A stretch of 64,000 nucleotides of DNA from the NCBI GenBank assembly GCA_038496445.1, contig JALMLS010000612.1:248001-312000 (forward strand). The letters run 5' to 3'. Origin of the DNA: Trichosphaerium sp. ATCC 40318. Its lineage: Eukaryota; Protista; Tubulinea. The stretch's first letter is position 1, and each line of letters opens with the position of its first letter. Made by a program: the position numbers and the translations under genes. The notes under the pieces were generated by a model. It was not told the DNA's origin and did not search any database. It saw only the letters and a list, made by a program, of their open reading frames with translations. Positions 1 through 13,517 of the stretch are shown here, one piece after another.

Positions 1-2300
1 CGCTTCGATTTTAAATAGACCTGTTAAGATTACATTGACACGCACAGAAGATTTAACAATGACTGGCCAAAGGTTAGTTTTAAACGAAACTTTTCTTTTT
101 ACCAGGTTTATACATCTGTTTTTTAAACTGTTTTTAACAGGGCCGCTGCTTGGATTAAGTTTAAAGCTGGCTTCAATAAAGATGCTTCTATCAACGCACT
201 AAAGTACCATTTCTACACCAACGCTGGATTTGAGTTGGATTTATCAATGGGTGTTAATATTCATGGTCTTCACAAGGTAATGTTGGTTTCTATAGGGTTT
301 TTTGAGTTAATTTTGTTGTGTACGTGTCTAATTCATATCTTAGATGGATGCTTCGTACCTCACACCTAACTTTTACTCATCTGGAGATGTTTGTATAACC
401 CACAGACCAAACAACACTGCGTAAGTATTCGAAAAGTTCTCTTTCTTGAGGCATTTTGTTCTTAGTTTTGTTGCAGATTCCGTGGCTTTGGTACTCCTCA
501 AGGTTTACTAGCAAGTGAGGCTGTTATTGACTACGTTGCAAGAACGTTGAAAATGGATCATAATGACGTTAGGGTACAACATCAGAAAAACAGTGAATTC
601 CTTGTAAAAACTAATCCGTTTGCTTAGCTGAAAAATATGTACAATAAGGGTGATTGTACACCTCAAGGACAACAACTAGAGACGGATAACTTACGCCAAG
701 TATTTAATGAAGCATTAAAAATGAGCAATTACGACCAAGCAAAGAAAGATGTTGAAGCTTTCAACAAGAAACATCGTATGCACGAAAAAACTTGAAACAA
801 AAGAAAAAAAAAAATACACTTTTGATTTCCTGATACACTATAATGTAGGATGGAAAAAGAGAGGTATCAGTTGTGTTCCTTTGAAATATGGCATTAGTAT
901 GGCTTCTAAGAATGTATTCTTTGCATTAGTTCAGGTACACCTTTTGTAATTAAGAAAACTTGACAAAGTGCTAATCAATGCTTTTAGGGTACAGCCCTAG
1001 TAAACATCAATACGGATGGAACTGTGCTAATTTCACATGGTGGAGTTGAAATGGGTCAAGGACTTCACACAAAAATGGTTCAAATTGCCGCTAGAGAGCT
1101 TGGTATACCAACATCTATGATTGAAATCAAAGCTTCTGATATTGATACTGTACGCCTTTTCCAAAAATGATTGTATTAACCTGTTTGATCAAGATTCCTA
1201 ATGCGTCAGCGACCGCAGCATCACTTGGAAGCGATGTATATGGTATAGCTGTGCTCAATGCCTGCACAATACTCAAGGAAAGGTTAGAGCCTATGAAAGC
1301 AAAGTTTCCTAAGGCATCTTGGGCTGAGGTAGATCATACTTTTTTCTTTAAATAGTTGTTTACTGTTTTTTGCTCATGGGTTTTATTTTAGGTTACTCTT
1401 CAGGCTTGGAAACACCAAATAAGTTTGTCGGCAGTAGGATTTATGAAATCAGATTTGTGTGAGTTTGATTTTGCCACAGGAAAAGGAAGACTATTCGAGT
1501 ACTTTACGTAAGGGTTTTTGTAGCATTCTAATAGAACTGACTTGTTTCTTGTGTCTTTATGCTTATTTTCTTTTTAGATATGGTGCATGTACAAGCATTG
1601 TTGAAATTGACTGCTTGACTGGAGCTTATCAAGTTCTAACAGCTGATATTTGCATGGATCTTGGGCAGAGTCTTAACCCAAGTACTGTTTTTTTTCTTAC
1701 CTTTTGATTTGATTCATTCAATGAACTTGATTCTTATGTATCTGTTAAAGGTATTGATATTGGCCAAATTGAAGGCGCTTATGTTCAAGGACTTGGGTTG
1801 ATGCTTCTCGAAGAGATTGCTGTGGAAACAGATCCAAAGTCGAACAAACGAGGTTCAATACATTGAAATATATTTTTCCTAACAACTGTTAGGACATATG
1901 GTGAGCCCTAATTTGACAGGTTATAAGATACCTAGCTTTAGGGATATTCCTATAAAATTCAACGTGAAGCTCCTAGAAAACTCTCATAATCCTTACGCAG
2001 TGCACTCCTCAAAAGGTATACGCAAATCTTTGTCCAAAGAATTTCTCAAATATTTCTTAGCTGTTGGCGAACCTCCTCACTGCCTTTCTGCAGCTTCATT
2101 CTTTGCTGTTAAGGATGCTATTTATAGGTATGTACAAAGTAAATTACAGCCATGTTTAACCCTTTAATAGTGCAAGAGCAGAAAATGGTGAAACTGCGTA
2201 TTTTGAACTGCCTTGTCCTGCCACTTGTGAAGTAATTCGTTTGGCATGTAACGATGACATTGCAAAAGCATACCCTCAACAACCATTTGAATACCAATAG
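1..2300 (+). CDS. Xanthine dehydrogenase/aldehyde oxidase family molybdo-flavoenzyme, C-terminal Moco-binding part (5' end outside window; ~12 introns)
   Basis: Spliced translation gives [65 protein letters not shown] and SSKAVGEPP, all XOR/AOX hallmark motifs. Stop TAG at 2298-2300. Confidence 0.93.
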
Positions 2301-2412
2301 AGTGTATGGTGTAAAGTGGAAATAGTTAACACTTGTTTTTAAGGCTGATAAACAAGCGATGAGTAATAATACAAACACATTTTATTTCTAATTTTTATCG
2401 GGTTTATTCAAT

Positions 2413-5400
2413 TTACTTTGAACTCTTTTTCTTGGCTCTACCAAACAATCTCTTCACTTGATCCTTTGAAACAGTCTTCTTTGTATGTTTTGCACCAGTA
2501 GATTTACCCTCTAGGAAAAAACATACTGTCAGAAAACCACAGCAACACAAAAAAAAAGGAGAAAAAAAAAAAGGATTTATCCGTACGTTTAATGTTCCTG
2601 TTAAGGCCTGGATTCATAGCTTTTTTAAGTTCCTTTGAGAACCTCCCATGCTCAATCATGAGATCAACATTTGCGTAATCGAACTCACTGTAAATATTAT
2701 CAACCTCAAGCTGCTCTGTCTCAACATTTTGTTCTTGCAACGAGAATGTCAATAAAGCCAATAATTCCTCTTCTCCGATCCCTGGATTCTCGGAAACAAT
2801 ACGTTCAATTTCAGCTTCAGCGTGGTCTGACATTTGATGAAGTGAGATCTCTTCAATGGCACCACCAATAATAACTTGTGGGAGGACTTGAGCGTTATTA
2901 AGTGGTAAGAATTGTCCATTTGTCAGAATAGCGATTGCAGCCCTATGAGGTACTTGTAAGAAAAAGAAAATTGACTGATTTAAACCACGTACATGTAATC
3001 GCGAGCGTGCTTGTAACTGCCTAACAACGGTTCGACACCAACAGCATAAATTGTGATAGATTTCTTGGCAAGGCTGGCTGCAACTTCTAGAGGGTCGAGT
3101 TTGCTTGGAGGTCCTATGAAAATACATAAGAAAAAAATGAAGAACAGTTATCTAAAAAAGTATTATTTCGCACCATCAGGGAATCCATCACCAGATGGTT
3201 CACATCCGTGAGGTGGGGCATCAGAGATGAGAACACAAATTCTCGCAGATTTTGGTCTGTACTCAAATTTGCCTACCGCTTCAAGACCAGCAGTAACTGC
3301 TTCTAAACACAAAAGTTAAATTCATAACACAAAAAACAAAAAGATAGAAATAATTACCTGGGCCATCACCACCGCCACTTGCACTCATCTTATCTACATA
3401 AGATTTCATCGTTACAATAGACTTAGTCCAAGGATGAACACGTGTTACGAAACTTCTATCTTGAGGTGGGTGATCACGGTACTCAACAAGAGCAAACTGT
3501 ACATCCGCCTAAAACAAAAAGAAGTCAGAAAACGTCAACGCGAGAAAAAAAAAAGAAGAAAAGAAACGAGTACTTACGTTTCCTGATACTGCTAGGGACT
3601 GTGCAATATCCCTGATATTATTCTGAGCTGATCTGATATACGATCCCATTGAACCAGTGCAATCACAGCAGAACACAAGATCCAACTTTGCCTTTTCTGT
3701 TGGCTTTTTAGGCTTTTCTTTTTTCTTCTTTGGTTCTTCCTTCTTTATCTCTAACTTTTCTAATTTTATATCTACTCTCTTGCATAGCTCATCCAATGCT
3801 TTTCTTAGAGTATGATTAGGTAAAAGCTTCTTTGAATCAAGATATTTTCCTGTCAATGGAGAAGTATCATGATTGCTCAACCAGTTCTCCTAAAAAAAAA
3901 GTAAACAACAATGTCGACAAATAAAATCCCAGAAATACAAACGTACAACTGCTGAGCGCTCGTATGTATGACCATCTTGTGTTAAAACAGGATCTCTTAG
4001 TAGTAACCTCGTAATAGGGCAGATGAACTCGTCTGGTACTGGCTTGTTGCCAAGGATGGACTCCAGTTTAGCCAACATGACTTGTTCTGCTTCATACTCC
4101 TCTAGTGCCTTTTCTGCGTTCCTTAAAAGTTCTCGTTGAGCGACCTTTATGGTATCCTTCTCCTCAAGGCTTTCAAACTCCATATTATCGAACTTTTGAA
4201 CTAAAACATCAAGTCCATCCTTTTCATACAGTGGTACAAGTCCTTTGACCATACTAACAAAGTTTCCACCATCGCAAGACAATGTACCAAGGAGTGAATC
4301 CAGTTTGGTTAAATCAGGTCTTGCACCGTTCAACTTAAACTCAATGACTGGAATTTCCTTCTCTTCAAGTTCTTTAGCCTGTTATATGGTCAGCAAGAAG
4401 CACAACATGAAAGGATAAGAGGAACGTACCATAGGACCCTTTTGTGATGGATTATCAAGAAAACTAACAAAAACTACTTTGCAAGGGTATACGTGCTTTC
4501 TGTACATATCTAGCAACGTAACAAAGTAGTGTCCGTAATATGGTAAGTTCTCTTCTTCGTCAGACACCTAAACAAATAACGACAATGAGAAATCAAAAAC
4601 GTTGAAACAATTTTCTTTGAACGTACAAGTACGATGCACTTGGTGACTTGACGAAGCTTGTAGTACGTCCAAAGACAAGCCGCTGGACGTGTAAGACCAG
4701 ATGCTGTTACCTAAACACAAGAGTAAGTAAATAAAACGACAATGTAACAAAGAAATATTTGTTGTATACCTTATTGGCAACCTCGAGAACTTGCTCAATG
4801 TTCTTTGGGATGCAAGGTGGATCAACCAATTTGTTGTTAAAGAATGTAAGACGCGCATTACACAGTGCTGTGAGAACAGACGCGATAATTGTAGAGGTTT
4901 TAATGGCGACATCCATTGAGCTGGATGCATCACCGAATACAGCTACAGGGCTCTCCAAAGCCAATTTTATCTTCGATAAACGTGCCTCAGCCATTGGCAT
5001 GAGGAGAGAATAGAATGGGGCTTTGATACTCTACACCAAGGTGAGAAATTTGCATTTAAAACAAATAAAATGTCTTCTTACTTGAAAGTACAGTAAACGC
5101 TCTACCAATTTACCGTAGCCAAATTTAGGCTTTTCTCCGTCTTCTAAACGTTTCTTTATTATGTTATTAACAGCAGAGCACGCCAACTATACCAGAGAGT
5201 AAGTTCAAAACCAACACAAATTATTTCTACAATACCTCTTCGTGATACCAAATTAAAGTATCGAGTGGAGCATACTCGGCTACTTTCGCTTTTGCCTTCT
5301 CTGGTAGTGGTTTTATTTGTAGACGGAGGTAACTGTAAGGCACTTGAACGCTCTCAAGGACGTCCTGGAGAAAAAACCGTTAACAAACAAAAAACAATCT

Positions 5401-6428
5401 AAAAAACGTACATTGATAGTTTCAGCCGTAAGGCTTTTGCAAGCATGTATAACTGAGCTCTCTGGTGCTTCACCACCAAACATGTAAGCTATGTAAAGAG
5501 TTACAATACGTTTTTGAGCCAAAAAATTAAACAATAAGTTGATATAATTATCAACGCGATAGAAGACTATAAAAAGCGTACGAAGGAACCAATCAAGTTT
5601 AAATGATTTTGGTTTAAGATGTAGAATATCAGCCATCTCCTTCCAAGGCTCTTTAGGCATATTAAGAGCGTAAAACGCTAACTTCTCCTCATCTATTTGG
5701 TACAAAAATTTTGCAATCTTTTTCGCCAACGAACCAGACACGGAAGCTATTTAAAGTTAAATACAAGGTACACGAACGCGTTACTATCTATTGATAGACT
5801 TTTATTGTATTTCGTACCACCTGGGATAACCTCTTTTTGTAGATCGTTAATGGCACTCTTAACATTACCAATTTTGCGCTGTTTGACTGTTCCCTGCGCC
5901 GAAATTAGTTGTATAATTAGCAATTTTGTGTACTTGTTTTTCGAGGTTGGCAAGTTTTTTCTCCAAGCATCTTATTTGACGCCCACAATCAAGGAGTTTT
6001 AGAGCGCGAAGCAAGTCAGGGAAGCCAAATTGATCTAAAAATTATTATTAACACAAAAGTGTCCTAGGATTGTTAAATACCTTCAAAGCGCGACAGCAAG
6101 AGCTCTGGAAGTTTATAAGCCTTTCTATTCCAACATGTTGCCAGGATTCGGGGCTTTGAGCTTTTTGAAACGTTTACACCTTGAAACAATAAGTTCAAGA
6201 GTGTACACAAGTACAGAGAGTAGTTTTTCTCTTGAGCCTAAAAGTTGGTTATTTGTGTCGATCAAACAACAATAGCTTACCTCGTGGTGTTGTTTTATTG
6301 TGCTTTCTTGTATAAAAATTGCACGTAGATTAGCTACGGCATCATCTTGTGTTTCAACCTGACAAAGTAAGCGTTAACGTCTTAAAAACATGGTTTAGGC
6401 GTACAGTAGGAGTAGTAGTTGGTTCCAT
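2413..6428 (-). CDS. Multidomain protein: uncharacterised helical + vWA-like domain, U-box, second vWA (vwkA-type) domain
   Basis: Exons join in frame through GT-AG introns from ATG 6428 to TAA 2413. Motifs: VFGDASSSMDVAI (MIDAS 1); EFICPITRLLLRDPVLTQDGHTYER...WL..HDTSPLTG...LLPNHTLRK (U-box); DLVFCCDCTGSM, EYRDHPPQD, GGGDGPEAV and DAPPHG (vWA 2). Confidence 0.85.
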
Positions 6429-6945
6429 AGTGTTTTTTGGTATTTGGCGTTCTTGAATCCTCATCACAGAAAACTCATTGTTTTTTGCTGCTTACGTAAT
6501 CAAACATATCTCGGATATTTTTTGGTTTAATAGCATATGGCATACTTTGTATTTTATCTTTAAATATTCTCCGAATGAGAGTGTTTTCTTTGTGTAATTT
6601 ACAGAACGTTACTATTTAACTACTAACTGCTTGTTTTTCGGCTGTTCTAATATCTTCCTGAACAAGGCTGATAAGACCATAATGGCCTTTGTTATTAGAG
6701 ATGGATGGGAAACTGCAATAGTGAAAAGTACGAAATTTATAACTTCATGTTTCTTTGTTAACAATTTCGGTTTTCCATACCATCTCTGTTGCCATTTTTC
6801 CGTTGTACGATGTCACTTAACTTGTGTCGTTTGCATCTTTCAGGATAGCTACAATGAGTCGTAACAATTCTACAATTCTATTGTGGGATGGTTCTTCAGA
6901 AAGTCGTTTTAAGCACGTGTTTAAGTTTCTTCTTTCAAGATACAC

Positions 6946-9900
6946 ATGAGATCACCTGCGCGAAGTAAAAACAAACACAGCAGATGGAAGAACTTCCTTG
7001 CAGGCGCTGCAAAGAAGAGGGATGAAATTAAGCGTAGAAAGAGTTCTGCACCAATAATAGTAGCTATACTCGTCATTACAATAGCTTTCAACTACAACCA
7101 AGCACACCGGACTTTGGTAATTTTTCAAAAAAAAATTGGCTACGTGTTAATTACTTATGTAGCGTACAAGAGATAACGCATTCTTGGTGGCTGCTACGAG
7201 CCTTGTTGTATCAGGAATACTTTCGTTTGTAACATCGCTATTATTTGGTGTATTCTGCGTTGAAGAACAGTGTAAGGGTAAAAAAGCAAAGACAACACCC
7301 TTTCTGCACACGTGTTTGATAGCTCTTTGTCAGTTTGGGTAAGGACTTTATTTCTTTCTTCATTTCGTACCTAACGATGCGTAGATCTACTATATTGACT
7401 CTACTTGTTCTTCAGAGGAACCCAGCGTTATACCCAGTGACTCTAGGCAAGTATTAAAATTACACAAAGATAGTTTTTTTCTGATCTTTTTTCTAGCTGG
7501 CGTAGCGCCATTCGCATGTTGTTTCGTTCTTATCTACGCCAAACAACCTTTTGCAAGAATTACTTTTATTACAACTGGATTGTTGTTTATAGACATAGTC
7601 GCCGTGTACATGCGCGGTAACATAGTAGGTACGAAAGGCATAGCGTATTTTTGTAGTTATTTTCGAAATGCTAAAACAGTGAAACATAAGATATCCTATT
7701 GGCGAATGCTATGGCTATTTTGAATATTGCTAGTATAGTCCTATTAAAGAGATACTCCTCTCAGATGATGGGTGCATGGAAGACTATTTCTCGCGTCATA
7801 ACGTACAAAATGATAAAAAACCTCCGACGATACAATCACACGTGATTGTTTTCGTATTTTTTTGAATAATATTTATGCTATGATTAGTTTCACTGCAGTA
7901 GCTGCTCTTCCTGTTATGATTGTGTATGCTTACTTTGAGTACCATATTATTTCCCCTGAAGAGAAGTTTTATTTACACCCTGGGTTTGTGGGCCACACAG
8001 CAATATTCGGTACGCACTACTCTCAAACACTACTTAAACTGAAAATTTTTAGGCCTATCCATCTTTGCTGTTCAACTTGCATCTGTGACACTCATTTATA
8101 TGGTACGTCTATCTTAGTAAAAATCGCTTGATTGTAATACTTGGAAGGTTATGGCTGTCAACTATGGACTTGCTTTGGGTGCAGCAGGTATTCTTGCCCT
8201 TACAATGGACTCTGTTTTCCCAAGTACGCAGGAGCTTGCTCCAGAGAATCAGCACTTTCTAACAGTTTGGGTAGGTGGCGAACCAAGTACAATGGCACAT
8301 CGAATAGTGCTTGCGATAGCTTCTGAGATATTACTTATTCACTACTTGTGTCATCCACCAACGAACGTTTTCAAACCACATAAGAAAATATTCAAAAAGA
8401 AGAAGAAATCAGTATATATCGGTATAGCTATTGGGACTACTATCATAATAGCGCTACTAATAGCACCTTCATATACTCGCCAAGCTGTTACTGAACCAAT
8501 GAATGCCTCTACACCAGATTCCAATCATATCCAAGGCAATGAAGTTGAACCAATGAACACTGGAGTTACAGAACCAGTTAATACAAAGCCAAAACAAGGA
8601 GGTGTTGATTTGTTGAACTCAAAGCCGACAGAAAAACCAACGGAAAAGCCAACGGAAAAGCCGACGGAAAAGCCGACAGAAAAACCTCTGCCGGACAACA
8701 AAGATAAGGCCACTTCAACACATGCTGGGATAATAAGTACTTCAGCACCTACATCGCCACCAACTACTGGGGCTTCTGCCGTAAACCCTCTTTTATTGAA
8801 TACAACCAAAGCATCTAAAGGTCTAACAAGGGACGTACAAGACGGTTATGAGTTTTTATATAGAAAAAACATAATGATTATTATACCGCCACATTATTTT
8901 GTTGATCCTTGTTCGGCTCTTAGACTATCAGTACGTTTGAAAGTTTTTTCAAAACATATTTGTTAATATGTTTGTAGGGATTTCAAGCTGTTGTAACGAG
9001 TGTTGGTGCAAAATATGAGTTGTGCTCGCTTGGAAGAACGTTTACTGATAGTCCGCCATGCTCGTCAAAGGACTTAACAAGCTATGACATGGTGTTTGTT
9101 GTTACTTCTGGTAAATACAAGAAAACGTTTTCTTTTTTGGTTTTTCTTGGTTTTCATTCCTACCCTAGAAATATCTACTACTGTGAAAATAGAACAAGAA
9201 AGAAGGGAAAAGGATTTGGTGTCAAGTCTTGATGATTTGCGTAAAACTCAACCTGAAGCAAATTACATTCTTCTTGGAGTTCCAAAGTTAAATCCAATAC
9301 CTCAGAGTGGATTGCTGACATTTGTTGGTACCATCACGAGAATGCAAGTTATAGTGCATTCAACAACACAAAACGAGAACCTTAATAAGCACCTCGATGG
9401 CGTCAAACCCATACTTGTTAAAATTGATCCTTCTTACTACAACAAACGTACGGATTCTCTATTTTTTCTTATTTTTACAGTTTTTAGTTGGAAATCACGT
9501 TCCAGCCAAAATGGATGTGTTTTGGAACATGCAAAACGACAGTGTTTCTAAACAAGATATCATACAAAATGCATTAAAAATCAAAGAGATATTCCAAAAA
9601 GAGGCACCTGGAGGAAGCCTCATCATTGAGGTAATAATTTAAAGATGTTAACTTTTTTTTTGAACTAACATAGTCGTATAGGATATAAACGCTTGTACCC
9701 TTTACGAAGATGTTGATCAAACAATTAGGAAGTGTATGCATTTTCACGTGACTTTACTTGGAAGTGCAAGAGTGATTGTAGCTGAAAGGAAATGCGTACA
9801 CACATATGCTGGTATTTCTTATTAATTCTTATTCACTTTCATCTTTAACTCTATGTCTAAGCGCTCATTGGCATACCCAACGTTCTTGTAGAAACAACAA

Positions 9901-10092
9901 AAACAGGTTCTGTAAAGGCATACTTTGACGAATGGATTAAAAAACGATCAAACAATGCGTAAGTCTTTACTTCTTGTTCTTCTTTTTCAGAATAATTTCA
10001 TACGTTCTCATTCCTATTTTTACAGAATCGTTTACAGTCCAAATAATGAGGAAGCAATAAAAGATTCATTGAGTTTACTATCGCAAATTTGA
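6946..10092 (+). CDS. Multipass membrane protein (DMT/TPT-transporter-like N-terminus) fused via a Pro/Thr stalk to a polysaccharide pyruvyltransferase-like domain
   Basis: Continuous spliced ORF with ~9-10 hydrophobic helices, then polybasic KKIFKKKKKS + TM and a KPTE repeat stalk. C-terminal LLGSARVIVAERKCVHTYAALIGIPNVLVE...VKAYFDEW resembles the Pvg1/EpsO VITDRLH..LLGIPHV motif. Confidence 0.6.
8622..8686 (+). repeat. 12-bp coding tandem repeat (KPTE x5), mucin-like linker
   Basis: aagccgacagaa/aaaccaacggaa/aagccaacggaa/aagccgacggaa/aagccgacagaa. Confidence 0.9.
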
Positions 10093-10469
10093 CTACAATT
10101 TGAACTGAACAATTGTGTCAACTTGTATATGTTTGAAATAAACCGATAATAGTCAGTTACTTTGTACATCAAAGAAGTACCTCTCTTGACACCAACTCAA
10201 TATACATAAGATCCAATATGCACTTCACTTGTTGGCACGATTATGTATAGCGTCCGTTTCAGTCAGTCAACTAGTTATTTCATCAGTTGTTGTTTATTTT
10301 ATGTACGTAACACGCCGCAGTGTTCAACAGAACCAGAAAACATTTAAAAAAAACTCGCTTTTCCAAACACATGATAGGTTGAGATAGATGTAGAAACACA
10401 TGCTACACTTACGTAAAAGTGTTCAGTGAAGTCCATCTCATTCCCAAGTATTGTTACTGTTAAAACACC

Positions 10470-13330
10470 ATGGCGTATTGGACTCCAGAAGGTATAAAAC
10501 TTAAATGTGCGCATGCTTTACTGATCAATTTTAGTAAAATGGCCAAAACAGCCACCACAACAAATAGGATACATTTTAAGCAAACAAGAGGGTTTTACCG
10601 GCAGAAAATGGTTATTTGACATTATTCTAAAGTGGCTACGCGACCTTGAGAATGGTGTTCAACAATTTATGCTTATAGTAGGTTCGTACAACTAACGAGG
10701 CTTGCTACATTTTATTTTAAGCGTTATTCCCTATTTAAAAGTGATCGTACGCTTATTTATCATTCTTATACCTTCTAGGTCCTGCAGGATACGGTAAATC
10801 AGCAGTGATAGCAACAATGCTTCAACACGAGTACTTTAAGGTACAAACGAACTCTAAACCTCTTTTTTTTTTTTTGATTACAAAAAAGGAACACATCCTG
10901 GCGTTTCACTTTTGTCAGTTTAACAATGGTGATACATGTAAACTATCGGACTTGATACAATACCTGACATTTCAAATTGCGGAGCACATACCTAGTTACA
11001 AAGAGGAGCTAAGCAAGAAATACTCAATTGCTCTTCAACGTCTTAGTAAGTACAAAGTTTTTTCCTTTTTTTTGTGAAACTGTTTCGGTCACGCCTTTGG
11101 AGGTTTTATTTTCCCTTCTAAATCAATACCTGTTTGCTATTACTATTGGTTTAGTTTGTATCATAATAAAGGGCTAACAGATATTGTTTTAGACTCGTAT
11201 ACCGACCCAAAAGACGCTTTTGTTCATGGTGTTCTACGATTCTTACCACGTGCGAAATACCTCTCTTTCTCATTGTCAATGATTTTAACTCTACATTAGA
11301 AACGTATGATAAACCAATGCTTATACTTATCGATGCGCTTGATGAAACATTACATTTTGTTCAATCGGTACATGTCTTTTTTTTTGGTTCAGTTTGTCAA
11401 ACCTTAACTCACAGTGCTCTTCTCTTCAGGAATCTTACTCGTTTCATCAATTTTTCCGTGACATAGAAACAGAGATTCCTAAATGGCTAGGCTTTTTATT
11501 AACTACAAGACCAAATGGTGACATTCAAAAAGCGTACGTACAAGAGCTCAACGAGCAATAGAAAAAACTTAAAAAAGTACTAACTTCTCTTTTTTGTTTA
11601 CAGGTATGAAGATAGAAATACTGTAGAGTTGTTATACTTGGACCAACATAATGTAAGTGATGTGCATGCGTTTATGAGGGAAAGAGGAGTAGAACCTAAT
11701 CCAGGTCTATCATCTATAATTGGTGGTAGTTTCCAAGTAGCAAAGTTCTTTGTCGAGGAAATTGCAAACGAAGATTGGAGTCCTTCTGAACTCAAAGAAA
11801 TGACTGGAGGTACATCCACGTTTAAAACTAATTATATGCTCCCTTTAATACATCGTCACCCTATGTTCTCTTACACGCGATCTAGAAATCGCGAGAAATC
11901 CAGGAAACTTCTTAAAGGATCCAAATAATCAACTGTTTTCTTTGTATCGTATAAGATTTCAACGTGGATTGAATGTAAACGAAGCGACATACAGGAACAT
12001 TGTTCGCGTTCTTGAATCATTGGTATTCCTTAATGTATCCCTGCGCACAGATACAATCATGTGTGTTGCAAGTAAGTCCATTATGGTTTCTATGAGATGT
12101 CCTAAATAACTTGTTGTTTAGATCTTACAAAGGAAGAATTTTCAGTTGCTATGGCGAAGTTGAGCGGATTTATTTTAGTTGAAAACAATCTTGTAAGACC
12201 AGCTCATAAGACATTCTATGATTGGCTTAGAGGAGAAAACCCAGGAGTTAAATATCTGAGAACAAAAAGGGTAAACAGTCTCGTATGAAACAAACCGTTG
12301 TACTAATTTTTTACTTAGGAATGCTTTAAAGAGTATACAGACATGCCTTCAAAGCTTGTCGCTCAATTTCTATCACGCAATTTGATACGTGTATTGAGGA
12401 TAGTAAAATGGAATAAATGGGGAGCTATAACACCTTCGGATATAGCAAACAGATTGAAGTTCCTAGGTTGGGATGGTAAGCTAAAAATCCAAATTTTTTC
12501 CTGTTTTATGGTTTAATGGTAGCGCACCACGCGTAAAAGCAAACGATGGGGTCTTTGGCCCCTTGAAACCATGAGCTTTGCAACTTTTTTTGCATTTTTG
12601 TTGCTAGTGATAAGCTTTTTTTCCGCCTTTGTTTGTCTTCGCCACGTGGTTTTTATGATGATAGCGTTACATACTTATAAACACTTATCTAGCTCCACGT
12701 GAACTCGACCAATGGAAGAGGTGGTCAGAGCTAACACTCGAAGATATCATCAATAACGCTCAATACCTTGGGAACGGTGGAGTTCGTGAAATAAGAAGTG
12801 CAGGGTTTTCACGTCTTAAATATCTAAAACCTCAACAAGCATGTGATATGCTTAAACATCTTGGTGACTTTGGTATACAAGAATTAACACGCGGAGGCTT
12901 CAAAGATTGGAACAAAATAGAAGCAAAAGAAATAGTAAAACAGTTAAAGTATATCAAAGGTATCGGTGTAACTCAATTGAAAAGAGCAGGGTATATCCTT
13001 TTGAAGGATATAACGGATGAAGACTTAAGAGATAACTTAAGGTATATGTCTAGTGGTGGTATGAATACGCTTGCTATTTATCAGCCAGACTGGGCGAAGG
13101 TTTATAGCGATATTACGCCTATTATTAAAGCTCTAGTAAGAACGAAGAAGAAGTCTGAGGAACAGACTTATTGGAGTCTTATTGCTCGTCATGGCGACTT
13201 AATTGATTGGTCGGTTGTTGATGAGAGGGAGATTATACTATTAGCCCAAAAGGGGCATCAAAACCTGAAGAATTTAAACACCCATGGAGGTGAAGTAGTA
13301 CAAAACATACTGAAGAAAAATAAGCTCTAG
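10470..13330 (+). CDS. NACHT/STAND-class P-loop NTPase (NPHP3/TANC-like) with C-terminal ~31-aa repeats
   Basis: FTGRKWLF, Walker A GPAGYGKS, AFHFC, Walker B LILIDALDE, sensor-1 LLTTRP and winged-helix HKTFYDWL. ATG 10470, TAG 13330. Confidence 0.85.
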
Positions 13331-13517
13331 GTTTTAAGAACTTGATCAACAACAAATAAATACACTCTTTTCAAAGTCGAAAAAAACGAAAAGTGATAAA
13401 TATTCTCCAATAAAAAGCACAATCATGTCAAAAGGACACCCTTGCGCAACTCTAGGAGCTTAGACCAGACCTTTTTTGAACCTGACGCATATACTAGTAA
13501 TATGAAAGACTTGCAAC

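Noticed and set aside
2298-2345. Possible TAG readthrough or stop-codon reassignment at the end of the XDH-like gene (SVWCKV follows)
   Set aside because: TAA, TAG and TGA all terminate other genes here, and no conserved exon contains an in-frame stop.
7803-7887. Intron that seemed to end in AA (GT-AA)
   Set aside because: A canonical AG at 7886-7887 gives the same reading frame.
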